NCBI GenBank assembly: GCA_036867785.1
Contig: CP145428.1
Coordinates: 248,001 to 312,000, forward strand
Direction: 5' to 3'
Source: Plasmodiophora brassicae
Taxonomy: Eukaryota
Length of the DNA: 64,000 bases
Positions 47,997-60,022 of this stretch are shown piece by piece (positions within the stretch are counted from its first letter, which is position 1; each line of letters opens with the position of its first letter). The notes below the pieces were generated by a model, which did no database searches, was not told the DNA's origin, and worked only from the letters and a program-made list of their open reading frames with translations. The position numbers and the translations under genes are program-made.

Positions 47997-49877
47997 TCAG
48001 CACAGCCATTTGTGGAGCATAGCGGCGAGCTCCTTCAACGTGAACGGCTTCGTCAGGCAGTCGTTCATGCCGGCGAGCAGGCAGGCCTCGCGGTCGCCGT
48101 GCATGGCGCTGGCGGTCATGGCGACGATCGGGACGTAGGGCGGCCTTCGGTACCGGGATTCGATTTCGCGCAGCGCCTTGGCGGCGTCGCGCCCGTCGAG
48201 TTCCGGCATCATACAGTCCATGAGGATGAGGTCAATGGGGCCCGACGTCTCGAACTTCCTGATCGCTTGCCGCCCATCGCACGCCAGCAGCACGTTCCGG
48301 TAGCCGAGATTGGACAGCTGCCTGGTCACCAACTGCCGAATCATTGAGTTGTCGTCCACGACGAGTATGACCTGCTCCGTTATCGGCACGCCCGCACGCG
48401 AACCTGCCGCTGAACTCGTTGCACGACCGGGTTGCGAATCGTCGCTTTCAACGACCTCCTCCTCAGTAGCTCCTTCTGATTCGTCGACGACGAGCGGCAG
48501 GACGAACCAGAAGACCGATCCCTGTCCGACAGCGCTTTGGACCCCGATCTGCCCTCTCATCAGCTCGACTAGGGTTCGAAAAATGTGGAGGCCGAGGCCG
48601 GTGCCTCCGAACTTCCTCGTGTCCGACGAATCCACCTGCGAGAACGCTTGAAACAGGCGGTCCATGTTCGACTCGGCAATCCCGATCCCGGTGTCGATTA
48701 CTTCGAAACAGGCGCGAACGACGTTCCCACAGACGTTGGCTTCCGGCGTACCGTCCGTACCCGCTGGTTCGATAGCGCGGCCGACATGCAAGGTGACTCC
48801 ACCAGCGCTTGTGAATTTGATGGCGTTGTTGGTCAGGTTTATCAGGATCTGGAGGAACCGATTCGGGTCGCCCCGCACCAGATCGGGGACGTCGCTGTCG
48901 ACAGCAACGCGTAAGTGCAACCCTTTACGTTCCGCCTGCTCGTGGAGAAGGCGCTCGCAGTTCTGGACCACATGCCGAAGGCGGAATGGAATGCTCTCGA
49001 GGACCATCTTCCCGGCCTCCAGCTTCGACACGTCCAGGATGTCGTTGACCAAGGCGAGTAGCATACGCGCCGACTCGCCAATCATGTCCACCAGCGCGGC
49101 CTGGTCACCGGAGAGCGACGTGGCACCGAGCAGGTCGTTGAAGCCGATGATGCCGGACAGAGGCGTGCGAAGTTCGTGGCTGATCGTCGCAACGAATGCT
49201 GACTTGGCGTTTGATGCCTCAACGGCCCTGTCCCGAGCCACGGCAACGTCCTCGTACATCCTGTTCATCAGTTGCGCTTGGAGTTGCGAGTTCTTAGCAC
49301 GTTCAATTAAAACCGCCAGACCGTCTAGTCTCTCATCCTCCTCCTTGCGACGGCGGCTCTCTTCCTCAAGACGCGCTGCACGTTCGCGCGCGACGGCTAA
49401 CTCGGTGACGTCTTCGGCGCGAACGATGATGTAGATGATCTCATCTGTTACCGGGTCCATCACAGGGGAATTCAGCGGACTCCAGTACCGAGTCTCGACA
49501 CTGCCGTCCGGCTTCCTGATGTCGACCTTTTGAACCGCAAGCGAATGTGGCCCGCGCATCGTTTGACAAGCACCAAGCGAACAGTGCATGTTCCGAAGCA
49601 TCGAGGCCGACGGATTCTCGGGGTCGTCGGGCAGCACGTCGAAGATACTTCGCCCCAAGAGATCCTCTCGGCGTGACAATGTCGCTTGAAGGTACATATT
49701 GCTGGCCTCGACGATACGTAGGTGTGGGACGTCCACCAGGAGGCAGATGGTTGGGAAGGCCTTGAATACAAGACGGAAGTCGGCAGGTGCGGGTAGTGTA
49801 GTGTCGCTGGTGCTGAGCAGGTTACTGCCTGCTTGACGGTGGCGGCGGCGTAGCCGTGTCCAGAGAGCCATGGCCAA
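47997..49877 (-). CDS. Hybrid sensor histidine kinase (PAS - HisKA - HATPase_c - receiver), intronless, 626 aa
   Basis: H-box ISHELRTPL, N-box QILINLTNNAIKFT, G-boxes DTGIGI and GGTGLGL; receiver motifs VVDDN, ILMDCMMPELDG and KPF; N-terminal PAS. Confidence 0.95.
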   Translation of the reverse strand: MAMALWTRLRRRHRQAGSNLLSTSDTTLPAPADFRLVFKAFPTICLLVDVPHLRIVEASNMYLQATLSRREDLLGRSIFDVLPDDPENPSASMLRNMHCSLGACQTMRGPHSLAVQKVDIRKPDGSVETRYWSPLNSPVMDPVTDEIIYIIVRAEDVTELAVARERAARLEEESRRRKEEDERLDGLAVLIERAKNSQLQAQLMNRMYEDVAVARDRAVEASNAKSAFVATISHELRTPLSGIIGFNDLLGATSLSGDQAALVDMIGESARMLLALVNDILDVSKLEAGKMVLESIPFRLRHVVQNCERLLHEQAERKGLHLRVAVDSDVPDLVRGDPNRFLQILINLTNNAIKFTSAGGVTLHVGRAIEPAGTDGTPEANVCGNVVRACFEVIDTGIGIAESNMDRLFQAFSQVDSSDTRKFGGTGLGLHIFRTLVELMRGQIGVQSAVGQGSVFWFVLPLVVDESEGATEEEVVESDDSQPGRATSSAAGSRAGVPITEQVILVVDDNSMIRQLVTRQLSNLGYRNVLLACDGRQAIRKFETSGPIDLILMDCMMPELDGRDAAKALREIESRYRRPPYVPIVAMTASAMHGDREACLLAGMNDCLTKPFTLKELAAMLHKWLC

Positions 49878-51473
49878 TGAATCTATGACGGGAGTCGCGC
49901 GGTGGGAAGGGCGCTGCCCCAGTGGCCTAGCTGGTCAGGAGTACTAGCAACAGGTCAGCAAGCAGTCGCGGGACCGCAAGGTCCCCAGTTCGAGGCACAA
50001 ACTCCCCAAAAAAGTCCCGGTGACCAACAGCCGTAAATGTTGAAGGGGTGTTTACTGATCAGGCAGCCCAAAGTGCCAGAGCAATTAGGGGTCTCGCTTG
50101 AGCGTCTGGGAGGTAAAGGAACGGCCCGTAACAAGTGTATGTCGGCTCCCCGGCATAGGCGGTATGGCGAAAGAGGTCCGACAAGAGTGCAGTCGACAAG
50201 TCCGAGCGAATCACGTCCCGTTCCGATATCGTCCAAGGCGCGATGAACCCAGTACAAAGGTGACGGGCCGGCACTGCCAGGCCGGGGGATGTTGGCGTTC
50301 TGCTGCTGATCCTTCGATCCTCGGACTCGAGACCGAGGCGCCTGCGTGAAAAGAAAAAGCGCGAAAAACAAATAAAACCAAACCAAACCAACCAAACCGC
50401 GCGGTGGGAAGAGGCAGCTTTTTTGTCGGGCCGGCCGCCGGGTAGGCGCAGGAATCGGCGGGGCCCAAATTTAGAATCGGGGTGCTGTGTGCCCTAGAGA
50501 TGCAGACGACTTGAGTCGAGTTGACATGAAGTCGACTTGGGTCGACTTGACTCGACTTACGACTTGGCTTAGAAATTTGGTCGACTTGAGCGACTTGGCC
50601 TATCCTGAAGTCGACTTGAACGACTTGAGGCGATACTGAAGTCGACTTAAGTCGATTTAAGTCGTAGAAGATATAACTCATGCGAATCACTTGCAAAAGA
50701 CATCGGTATGGTTATTAGACAGCATGCGGAACATGTCCAGGTGACGATTGATGCGCTGACCGGATTCCGGTCTCAGCATGCAAAGAAATTCGCTACCGTT
50801 GTCAAGGACAAGTTAAATGCTTACCAGTCTTTGGTACTATCAGACCATGCCCTTGTTGCTTCGATTTTGGATCCGCGTTCAAAATCAACTCTTCAAGAAT
50901 GCGGGGTGCATATTGCCGCTCTCAAGGCATCTGTTATCGTGTTGTATGAGGTCTAGTATCGGCACAAGTACGTACATGTAATTAATCTGTATGAAGGTGG
51001 ACACCACACATGACCACCCCATTGTTGCGGATGGGTCAGATTCGAAGGTGACCTCTCCCACTGAACCAAGGCTAGCGAGGCACTGCCTGGGAAGAAAATC
51101 AAGCTATTCGAGAAACCCATCAAGTCTATTTCGAGTGCAAATGCAGTCGGATCCACTACTGAGCCTTTCCAGTCTGAGCTGGAGCGCTGGATGACCCACC
51201 CATCAATTTGTCTGTCAAAGACACGCCGCGATGCGAGCCTCTGGTTCAAGGTCAACGGCCATATGTATCCTCGTATATCCCTAATTAATGGCACGAGATT
51301 AGAGTTATCCGTAAACCCCCTATACTGACAGCGAGTCACAGCCTGTTCACCACCAGAATGGGTGCGCGGCCTCGTCAGGAGGTTCCAAATATAGACTCAC
51401 AGTCAAACTTTGAAAGGCCTCTGGGACGGTCCCCAAAAAGTTTTCAACTTCACTGTGAGTTGCGGTGGACGCC

Positions 51474-52168
51474 ATGGACACGCCGTCGTCGTCTTCCAGC
51501 GAGAGCAAGATCTGTGGTCAAGTGGCTGCGGGACCAGAAGGTCATGACCAGCCCGAGCAGTCCGAATCCAAGCCGAAAGCAAAGAAGCTTCGGGAGTTGC
51601 GACGGCCGCAAGAAGGCGGTGACGCAAGTAGTTCCAGGAGCGGTCTGGAAACAGGTCAGGTTCATGAGGACCGCTCGTGCTCTTGTAACTCTGATTTGCG
51701 TTTCAAGGTATACGCTGACTACCGACAAAAGTTTCCCGCTTCGACGTTCTGCGATTTTTAAAGGTTCGCCTTCGCGACACGCTCCTCGAGCTAAAACCCG
51801 GTACTTCAAACACGAAGAACGTACCGAAACGGGAGCTTCAGGCCAAGTCAGTGATCGAGACACGGCAAGAGGAACGTCATCCAATTGCGTGACTCGATCG
51901 TGCAGAGGCAGATGCCGGAAAAGAAGAAGCCCCGTGTTGAGTCGCCATCTCCCCCCGACACGGCGGCTCGCAAGAACAAGGCGCAGGCTCTGTTATCTCA
52001 GGCAATGGCGTTGACGCAGATCGAGAAATCGATGCACGATCGAGGTCGCCTAACCGCGAGGCCCGGATCAAGCAAACGTAACTCGCAAACCTGAAGGAGC
52101 TCCGTGTTGCGGGCGTCATTTCGGACGAGGAGTTCAGGCAGAAGACCCGTATCCTTATGGGGCTGTAA
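51474..52168 (+). pseudogene. Disrupted TE-associated gene ending in a SHOCT-like helix
   Basis: Broken ORFs; the last frame ends LANLKELRVAGVISDEEFRQKTRILMGL*. Confidence 0.4.
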
Positions 52169-52696
52169 TGATCAAGTGTATTCGATAAAGGCCATTCGCA
52201 CTTGTCAATAATCTCCATCCCATACGTAGAGGTTCTTGGCGTACCACGCTGGAGTCTCAGACTGATAGTCAGTCACACTAAGTTGATCAGGTTTGCGGAT
52301 AAACGAAAAAACAGAGTGCCAGCTGTAACTGAAAGCCACAGCTGTGAGAAACTGACAGCAAGTTTACGGACTATCAGTTATGTCGACGCTAGTTCCTTGT
52401 GACCAAGCGTTCTCGAGGAGCCGGATCCACTGTCAGTGTGACGTCCTTCAAGCTTCGAGACGTTCGCGGTGAGAAGCTAACTGAGCTCTCTGGCTGTCTG
52501 CTGATAGCCTCTCAGTCTATGACGTCAACTGTCTCTCTCTGGTGACTATTGTCAGTCTCGTTTATTTCGGGCCGTCTGGCCTCACGCCCTCCACTGTGTC
52601 TCCGGAGTCCGCGACGGGCTCCGGAAGTCCGCGGTCTATTCTTGGAAGCACACGACTGGTCTGACGGGAACTGCGCATGTCCGGCAAGTGATCGGC

Positions 52697-54775
52697 TGTA
52701 CCGGCCTCCCAATACGGCCTTCTGAGTAGCGTAATACACTCACTTGTCTTTTCGGTGTTGTACGTCGACATCACGTTCGTCGTCCACCTAACGCCTAGGG
52801 CTTGTCACATTGCGCAATACGACATTACGGCCTAACAGGTGCTGTCGTGCTTCTTTCCTTCGTCCAACGCAAACGCTGCGTGTGGGCCCGATCGTCGCGT
52901 CCGATTATCAGGGGGTTCGTAAAAGATGAATCCGATCCAGTATGAGGCCGTCAGGGCACCATACCTAGATCGCATCAATCGCGACGTCATGATAGAGTTA
53001 ATTCAAGATTGGAAATCATACTTATCGGCTGTCGCCGACTTGAAAGCATTGCCGGGCGGGGAGCACTATCGCCCCCGATCCATTCGCGATCGGATCAAGC
53101 CATCGGTCGTCACGAATTTTTGGGTTCGTACCCTGCGAAAATCTTCGGCTTCGTGGGATACGGCCTCCGACTCAGATATTTTGAACGAGTTGCTTGCCTT
53201 TACGGCCACGCGTGTGACGGTCCCGAAGACCAGCACGGATTTATTTAAGGGCATCTCCTTTCGACACCTGGGGGACGCCACCGAGAGTGTCGCCGACCTC
53301 TTTGATCAATGCGACAACATTCTGGCCTCCAATGGCCTCACCGAGCATTTCAACAAACACGCTGAATTGCAAGCAGAGCAGATTCGCCTGATGATAAAAG
53401 CTCTCCGGCCGCCGATGTTACGGAATCGCGTCTCGAAGCTCGTCGCCATACAGCGCATCGAGTGCAAGACTGACCGAGATGCATTTTTCAATCTTCTCCT
53501 GGAGGTGACCACCCAATACTACATGTTCGCCCCGGAAGATGAGGTAACTCCCCGCGTATGGCCGACGGCGCTCCCGTCGCTGCATCGCGGCAGGCAGTTA
53601 TCCCGTCAATTACTATTTTGACGAGTGCTGGCCCCGTCATTGTAAACGATCATCTTGTGTACATCGCGGACACTACCATGCCCGCGGTTCTCCTCGGTCG
53701 ACCTCTCCTCGTCGCGCTGGGCATTGACGTCGAGGAACAATTACGAAGCCTCGCGCGTCGTTCTGCTCCGCTCGCCGGCGATCCATCAGATGACCCCGGC
53801 CTTGTGGATCCGTCATTTCCTTCCCACGATCTCGACGTGGTGCCAATTGGCGTCCTTGATCCTGACGCGGTTCGTACCGCTCTCCAGCGCTGCATCGATG
53901 ATGCTGCTGAGCATCATGCTTCTGATACTTTCCTCTCCGAGTTGCGTCAACTTCTCCTCGTCGAGTACTTCGACGTGTTCCGGGTTCAATTGGGCCCTGA
54001 CCCTCCCGTCAAACTTCCTCCCGCTGAAGTGCGCCTCAAACCGGACGCCCACCCTGTTATGTCTCGGTCCCGACCTCTACCTCCCCTCCATCAGGATTTC
54101 CTGACGACCCACTACACCGACCTCGTTCGGTTCGGTTTCGTCATTCCAAATCCTTCGTCTCCCTGGGGTTCACCTTCTTTCGCCGTCGCGACAGTCGGTG
54201 CCGGGCGCACGTTTCGCGCCGTGGTGGATCTTCGCCAGCCCAATGCTCAAATGCTACGTTCATCATACCCAATCCCATATGTGCCTGCCCTTGGGGAGTA
54301 CTTAGTGGGCTCCTCTCTTTTCTTCACGGCCGATGCATTCAAAGGTTTCGGGCAGATCGCCATCGCCGGTGATATCGACGCCCTGACGCTTCTCTCACCT
54401 TTGGGGCCGTTGACTCCTCAGCGTCTACCTCAGGGCTATGGTGACGCTCTCTTTATTTTTCAAGGTTCTATGAACCAAGTTTTCCGTCCCGCGCTGTCGC
54501 TCCGCGATCTTCTCATCTTTGCTGACGATTTTCTGGGACATTCCACATCTGAAATGGACCACCTGCATAAGCTGCGCATCTTCTTGGAGCGCTGTCTTAA
54601 CGTCTCGCTCGCGAAGAGGGCGCGTAGACGGCATCGGACCCGTTTCTCGATGAGGAGGGTAATGTAGCGGCCTCCCAATACGGCCTTCTGAGTAGCGTAA
54701 TACACTCACTTGTCTTTTCGGTGTTGTACGTCGACATCACGTTCGTCGTCCACCTAACGCCTAGGGCTTGTCACA
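52697..54775 (+). mobile_element. Short Ty3/gypsy LTR retroelement: 113-bp LTRs, 5-bp TSD TCGGC, gag plus a truncated pol
   Basis: LTRs at 52697-52809 and 54663-54775 (TG...CA, 1 mismatch seen); TCGGC on both flanks; PPT GATGAGGAGGG. Gag-like ORF 52926-53621. Pol ORF 53558-54667 has LLGRP, SPWGSP, DLRQPN, DAFKGFGQI, RLPQG and FADD. Confidence 0.93.
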
Positions 54776-56240
54776 TCGGCGGTCTCGGCGGCCGTGCCAG
54801 GACAGGGGGTGATGACCGTGAACAACATCATAGGTGCTGCTATGCTGTACATATGATACAGTCAGCAAACGTCGCGCTCGCCTAGCCGACAAATGCACTA
54901 CAGCAATCGTGGAGCAAGCTGTTTGTGGGACTTGACAAACAGTAATACAACTTCGCATGATCTGATTGACCGTGTTTTCAGTGCTCATCGCTCCTATGGT
55001 TCTCAGGTCGACTTCACGACTTAAAGTCGACATAGAAGTCGACTTCAAGTGACTTGGAAAATTTCCATTTCGCTTCAAACGACTTGGCCGGGCATCGAAG
55101 TCGACTTGGAACGACTTCGGAATATCTTGACTCGACTCAAGTCATTAGCACGACTTGACACCCCTAGTGCCAACCTGAGCCGTCTGAGGAATCCGTCAAT
55201 AACATCACTTGGTAGTCCGTTGACGCAGCCTGAACCGTTCTGTGGCAGAACGCAATGCGGCGACTTTCGTGGTACGATCGCGGCCCACCATCTTCTTTGT
55301 GGCTCGTTGCGCTCGCCAACCAGCCAGCCCGTCGTCGTTTCGATCCGGAGCGACCGCGCAGCAGATGCCGACGACCGTCGTCGACCACAGGCAGAACCAT
55401 CGCCCAACAGCGATGGCACCCGCCTTGGTCATATGCTCATCTATAACGGCACCGGCGGCCTCTGTAGGCCCCTATCGCATCCCAATCTCTAGCCCCGCGC
55501 TACGCGGCAGTCGAGCTGCAACAGGCACCACGCACACCGTCGTCCTCCCAGTCCTGAAATTTAGCCCGGGCGCCGCGCTGTGCTCTGTCACCCTGGGCAA
55601 GTAATGTCCCCAGCTGTACTGATCTTCCCAGCCAAACGAATACTACGCAAGGGCATCAACGCCACCCTGCACGTCGAATGGCAGCGCCAGCTAGCATCAG
55701 AAGCGCTGCGACGACAACGCACGTGCTGCAAAACTCCTCTGTTGCTGGCGACGACAACTGCATATACGAGCACCGGTAGGCAGCAGATGTTACGCGCTTG
55801 GCTTCTGTTGCTCTTCAGCTCTCGCTGTGGGTCACTAGAAACGAATAAACCGGGCGAGGTGTCCCCCTTCCAGGGGCGCCCTGCGGCCACTAATCGTGAT
55901 TCTCGGCGGCGCTCGAGACGACTTGGCAGGTATCCGTGCATAGCGTAGGCACCCCATATATTCGTTCTGGCGGCGAGGTGCCTGCTACATCGCACGCTTC
56001 AGGTGCGCTCATAGCGTTTCCGCACCGGTGCCACGATCTCTCATTCCGCGTGTTTGTGTGCAGTAAGCGCGTTGCCTACCAATAATGATTACAGGAGCAT
56101 CGAACTGTCGACTCTACCCCCGGCGAAGCGTGCAAGCAAGGTGCATGTTGGCACTGACTCACAAACAGATCCAAGGAAGAAGAAGAATTACGGTACGTGG
56201 CGTGACTAACGTCGGTTTCCACTGTACGATAAGCTGTGTA

Positions 56241-57343
56241 CGGAACAGTTGAGGCCCCTCTCGGCCGCATTTGCCGTCATTGTCACGTCACCCGCGCGCA
56301 GGCCATGCATAGGCACGGCAACCACATCGTCCGGTATAACGTGTCATGGCGCCCATTGACGTATATGCTCTGAATTTATCGATCTGCAGTGCAGCGCCCG
56401 ACGCGACGCCAGGTTCAAACTACGAAACCGAGGCAGCGTTTGACACATTGCCGTCCTGGTCAAATGGAGTTTCTTGACCTTGTATCCAATCCGTTCATAC
56501 AGCGAAGGATCGCGTGGAGACCCGCGGTGTGCTGAGCATGTCCAACTCTTGCCGGCGCTCCTTGAACTCTTCCCATAGTTCCAACATGCCCGGCTCCTGC
56601 AGAAACCTGGGGAAACGTCATTGCTCAGCAGATCGATGACCTCTTTGTACACAGGATTGAACAGGTCCATGCCGTCCTCCAACGTGCTGGCATTGGCCGT
56701 TTCTTGGTCCGGACTGCCTTCGCGGGGCCGTCGGAGGCACAGGCCACCTGCGTACATACTGTAGGTACCTACTGCGTTGGCACGTGGTTGTGGGCACGCA
56801 CCCAACTGCAGCACAGTCAGACGAGGCAGGAGGCAGGGCCCGGTTTTTGTGTCCAGAGCGCCCCTGACGTGACGGACACCGCCCCGTTCTGACCACACGG
56901 TCGGCTGCACCGTTGTCGGCATATTGCTCTTGTGTGTCGTCGCGCTGGTGTGATGGTCGCGCGACACAAGTTCATGTGGAGCCCTGACGGGACAAGGTTG
57001 GGCTGCGAGTACTGCGGTTATGCACCGCCGCAGGGGCAACAGGCCGACGCCGATCACATTGAATGCCCGACAGGGGACGTCGTGCAAGCGGCGCCGGCGC
57101 ATGAGCCGTTCGACATCCTTCGTGAGAAAATCGGTGCAGTCCCTGAATTGTTGTCCGACTGATGACGTAGACCAGGTGCTGTTCGCGCCGTGGCGGTCGT
57201 CGTCACGTTGTGCGTCATCATCCTGGACGTGGTGGCAGGCGCTGTTGGCGTGGCGACCGCGCAAGGGCAAGAGAAGCTGAGGTCCTACGCGGACCTCATT
57301 TCTGCAATGTGGGATGCTCGCACCTTTGCGGTGATATATTACT
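56241..57343. repeat. Copy 1 of a near-identical direct repeat of about 1.1 kb
   Basis: Matches 62539-63648 apart from a few substitutions and small indels; the ORF track shows the same peptides in both. Confidence 0.95.
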
Positions 57344-57356
57344 GTATTTATAACTA

Positions 57357-59530
57357 CCGTATTTAACACTGCGCTGTGCCCCCCCATGTACAAGAAAAGT
57401 GCGTGATGGGTTCATCGCCATGTAAAGTTTTCGCCCGTTTTTGCAGCGATTTTTTGGGTCTGCCGCTGACCCCCGATACCCCGACCCGGGGCGGTACATT
57501 CAAACCACTGGCTGTCGTGACGTCTTGGTTGTTAGAAGCGCTTGTTGTTGCGATGGGTTGCCGAAAGTCAATAACCAACAGCGAGAAGCTTGCTATTCTT
57601 CGTGAGTGGCAGCGCTCATCGGCGACCGGGGCTTCATTGCACTCGTTTGCGGATGCCAACAACATAAGACCTTTTCAGCTTCGACGGTGGGTAAAACTCG
57701 AGCAGCGTCTTCTGGAGTCGCGTCCTGACGCAACAACCGTGGGTCGCGGAGGTACCCCCATTTTCGTGGAAGAGCAGGAAGAGGCAATCTTAATGTGGAT
57801 TGTTGAAAAGAGTGATGCTGGCATCGGTACTTAACCACTTAGTACTGTCAAACTCGCCGCCTTTGTTCATTAACGCCATTGTCAGGAATTTCGCTCCAGA
57901 ACCTCAACACGCACGTGTGTCAACTGTACCCGGAGTTTGGAGAGAAATCCAGGTGCGCCCGGGAAGCGACGCTCCGCCGCTTTTTGAAGAAGCACCACCT
58001 GACGATGCGTGTATGCTCGCACGCGTCACCAAAGCACCCCGCCGATGAGCACCTCATGGCAGAGATGTTAATGGCATCCATAATGCCTCGTCTGGCCGGT
58101 ATCGACAGGCGCCTGATAGTGAATATGGACCAAACGGCTGTTTTCTTCTCGATGGAACCCCGTCGAACGATTGACAAAGTCGGCGCGAGGCGTGTGAACA
58201 TACGTAAAGCATCATCGTCGACAATGAGGGTGACGGTGGCAGTTGCGGTTACGGCGGACGGCTCTCTTCTCCGCCCGATGATCGTATTCAAGGGCCATCC
58301 ACGAGGACGGATCGCGTTGCGAGAGCTGCCCTCATATCCCCCAGGCAGCGAGTACGTCTGCCAGCCAAATGCCTGGATGGATGGAGACGTCATGCTGCAA
58401 TGGGTCAGCAAGGTAACATGGCCGTTTTCTGCTCGTCATGTCTGTACTACAGTAAACCGCTAACATCACGTTATAGATCCTCGAACCATATATTACTCAT
58501 GTACGTGTCGGCAATGCAAGTTCAATACTTCTGTTGGACTCCTACCGGTGCCATACGATGACGTCAGTGGTATCGAGCATCAATCAGTTAGGTGTTCGAG
58601 TTGAACATATACCTGGAAATTGCACCTACCTGTTGCAGCCAGTCGACATTGGCATCAACAAGCCTTTGAAGGCGCGCATTCGAAACCGGTGGGAGACCTG
58701 GATGTTGGAGAGGCCTGTCGATGACGTAATCGGTCCACCTTCCCGCCGCCAGCTGGCGGAGTGGATTATAGAATCGCTTCATGAACTCTCACCAGCAACG
58801 ATACGCAAAGCTTGGCGATGTCACGATCTACCGTATTTCTCCGATTAAACCAGTTTCCTGGTGTCCAATATCCCGCGCGGGAAGCTTTCCCCTTTGTGAT
58901 GCGAGCGTTCGCGGTCGTCACATTGTCTCAACGTGAACAGAATCCGACCGCCTACGCAAGTCGATTCGAATATTAGCGCTCTTGGAAGGCGGTGTAGTGG
59001 CAAATGATCAACGCCACGTCCCGCGACAAAAGAGATGCGGCGGGTACTGCTCCAGGTACACCCGGTCTTGGTGTACTGCTCCAGGTATACCCGGTCTTGG
59101 CGCAATTTGAGTACATATATCGTTCGCACAGTAAGTATATAGCGCGTACCGTTAATGATGTTCATACAGCGCGTATACGAAAACCATTACGCCCAGTCCC
59201 GGCCCGACGCAGACGCACATAAGTACTTCATACTGGTCCCGACATGAACTGGGGCGTCCACATCCGTCGATATCGATCCCAACCATATATATCAACAGTT
59301 CGCCCCGATGGATATTGGACGACCGGCATCGTGACAGGGTGTCGACTGCTAGCAAACGTCACGTATGCAGTCGGATCGGCACCACGCGTTCCAGCTGCGA
59401 CCTCGAAAATTTTGGGCCCTCAAGTGGACATCAGACTGGTTCTCGCAGTCGGTGCTCGCAAAATTTCGATACTCATTTTTTTGGGAGGGGGGCACAGGTC
59501 CCCGGGGGCACAGCGCAGTGTTAATTACGG
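57357..59530 (+). mobile_element. pogo/Tigger-type (Tc1/mariner superfamily) transposon with TIRs and TA TSD
   Basis: TA|CCGTATTTAACACTGCGCTGTGCCCCC ... GGGGGCACAGCGCAGTGTTAATTACGG|TA. Confidence 0.92.
57553..58848 (+). CDS. pogo-family transposase (CENP-B-like HTH + DDE_1, DD35D), two introns
   Basis: MGCRKSITNSEKL..., RFLKKHHL, VNMDQT, NAWMD, LLDSYRCH and LQPVDIGINKPLK, with 35 residues between the 2nd and 3rd Asp. Introns lie at about 57828-57885 and 58412-58476. Confidence 0.88.
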
Positions 59531-60022
59531 TATATACTACCTCAAAATACGCCGTGTATCGTCCCTACCAACGGTCCTACCAGGGTCCTACCACGGATCC
59601 TACCGCACCCACGGATCCTACCAGACGGCGCCGCCACCCCCTCCCAGTACAACCAAGCGCACCGCCGCACGCATCCCCACGCAGGTTTCCACACCGCATT
59701 GTCGACGACGTCATGGGTCGATCACGATCGTCTGGAGGGCAACGAACGCGCACAGCGGCCCAGTTCCGTGTCAGCAACCGGGCCAAGTACCATGTCCCCG
59801 CCGAGTTATGGGCGGACGCCGTTGTCGGTTTGGGCCTGGTTCGTCGCCGCCTTCGCGTCTCGGAAGGAGCGAGCCGCCCTGAGCGCTTGCGCAAGCGCTG
59901 GGCCTTGCGATCTCGAATACCGCGACGTAGCGATTGTCGCGTCACGCCATCGTCTAATCGACGCCCAGTCGAAATTGTGGCCTTCGGCAAGATGTTGTTC
60001 AGTTCGCCGCTGCTAACTGCCG

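Larger units (their letters stand above)
50495..55166 (+). mobile_element. hAT-superfamily DNA transposon relic with GTCGACTT subterminal repeat arrays at both ends and nested insertions
   Basis: Ends read TAGAGATG...GACTTGAGTCGAGT (50495) and ACTCGACTCAAGTC...CACCCCTA (55166). GTCGACTT arrays lie at 50505-50665 and 55005-55160. hAT motifs ASILDPRSK and the dimerisation remnant ELERWM...WFKVNGHMYPRIS are present. No clean 8-bp TSD. Confidence 0.7.

Noticed and set aside
50505-50665. Regular short-repeat array resembling a CRISPR array
   Set aside because: The units are about 8-10 bp, irregularly spaced and lack unique 30-40-bp spacers; there are no cas genes and the context is eukaryotic. 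TE subterminal repeats explain it better.
52200-52696. Possible older solo LTR hosting the mini retroelement
   Set aside because: I could not find matching TG...CA ends with a TSD.
56344-57393. 349-aa and 211-aa minus-strand ORFs within the 1.1-kb repeats
   Set aside because: The frames differ between copies because of indels, and no domain is recognisable; not called as genes.
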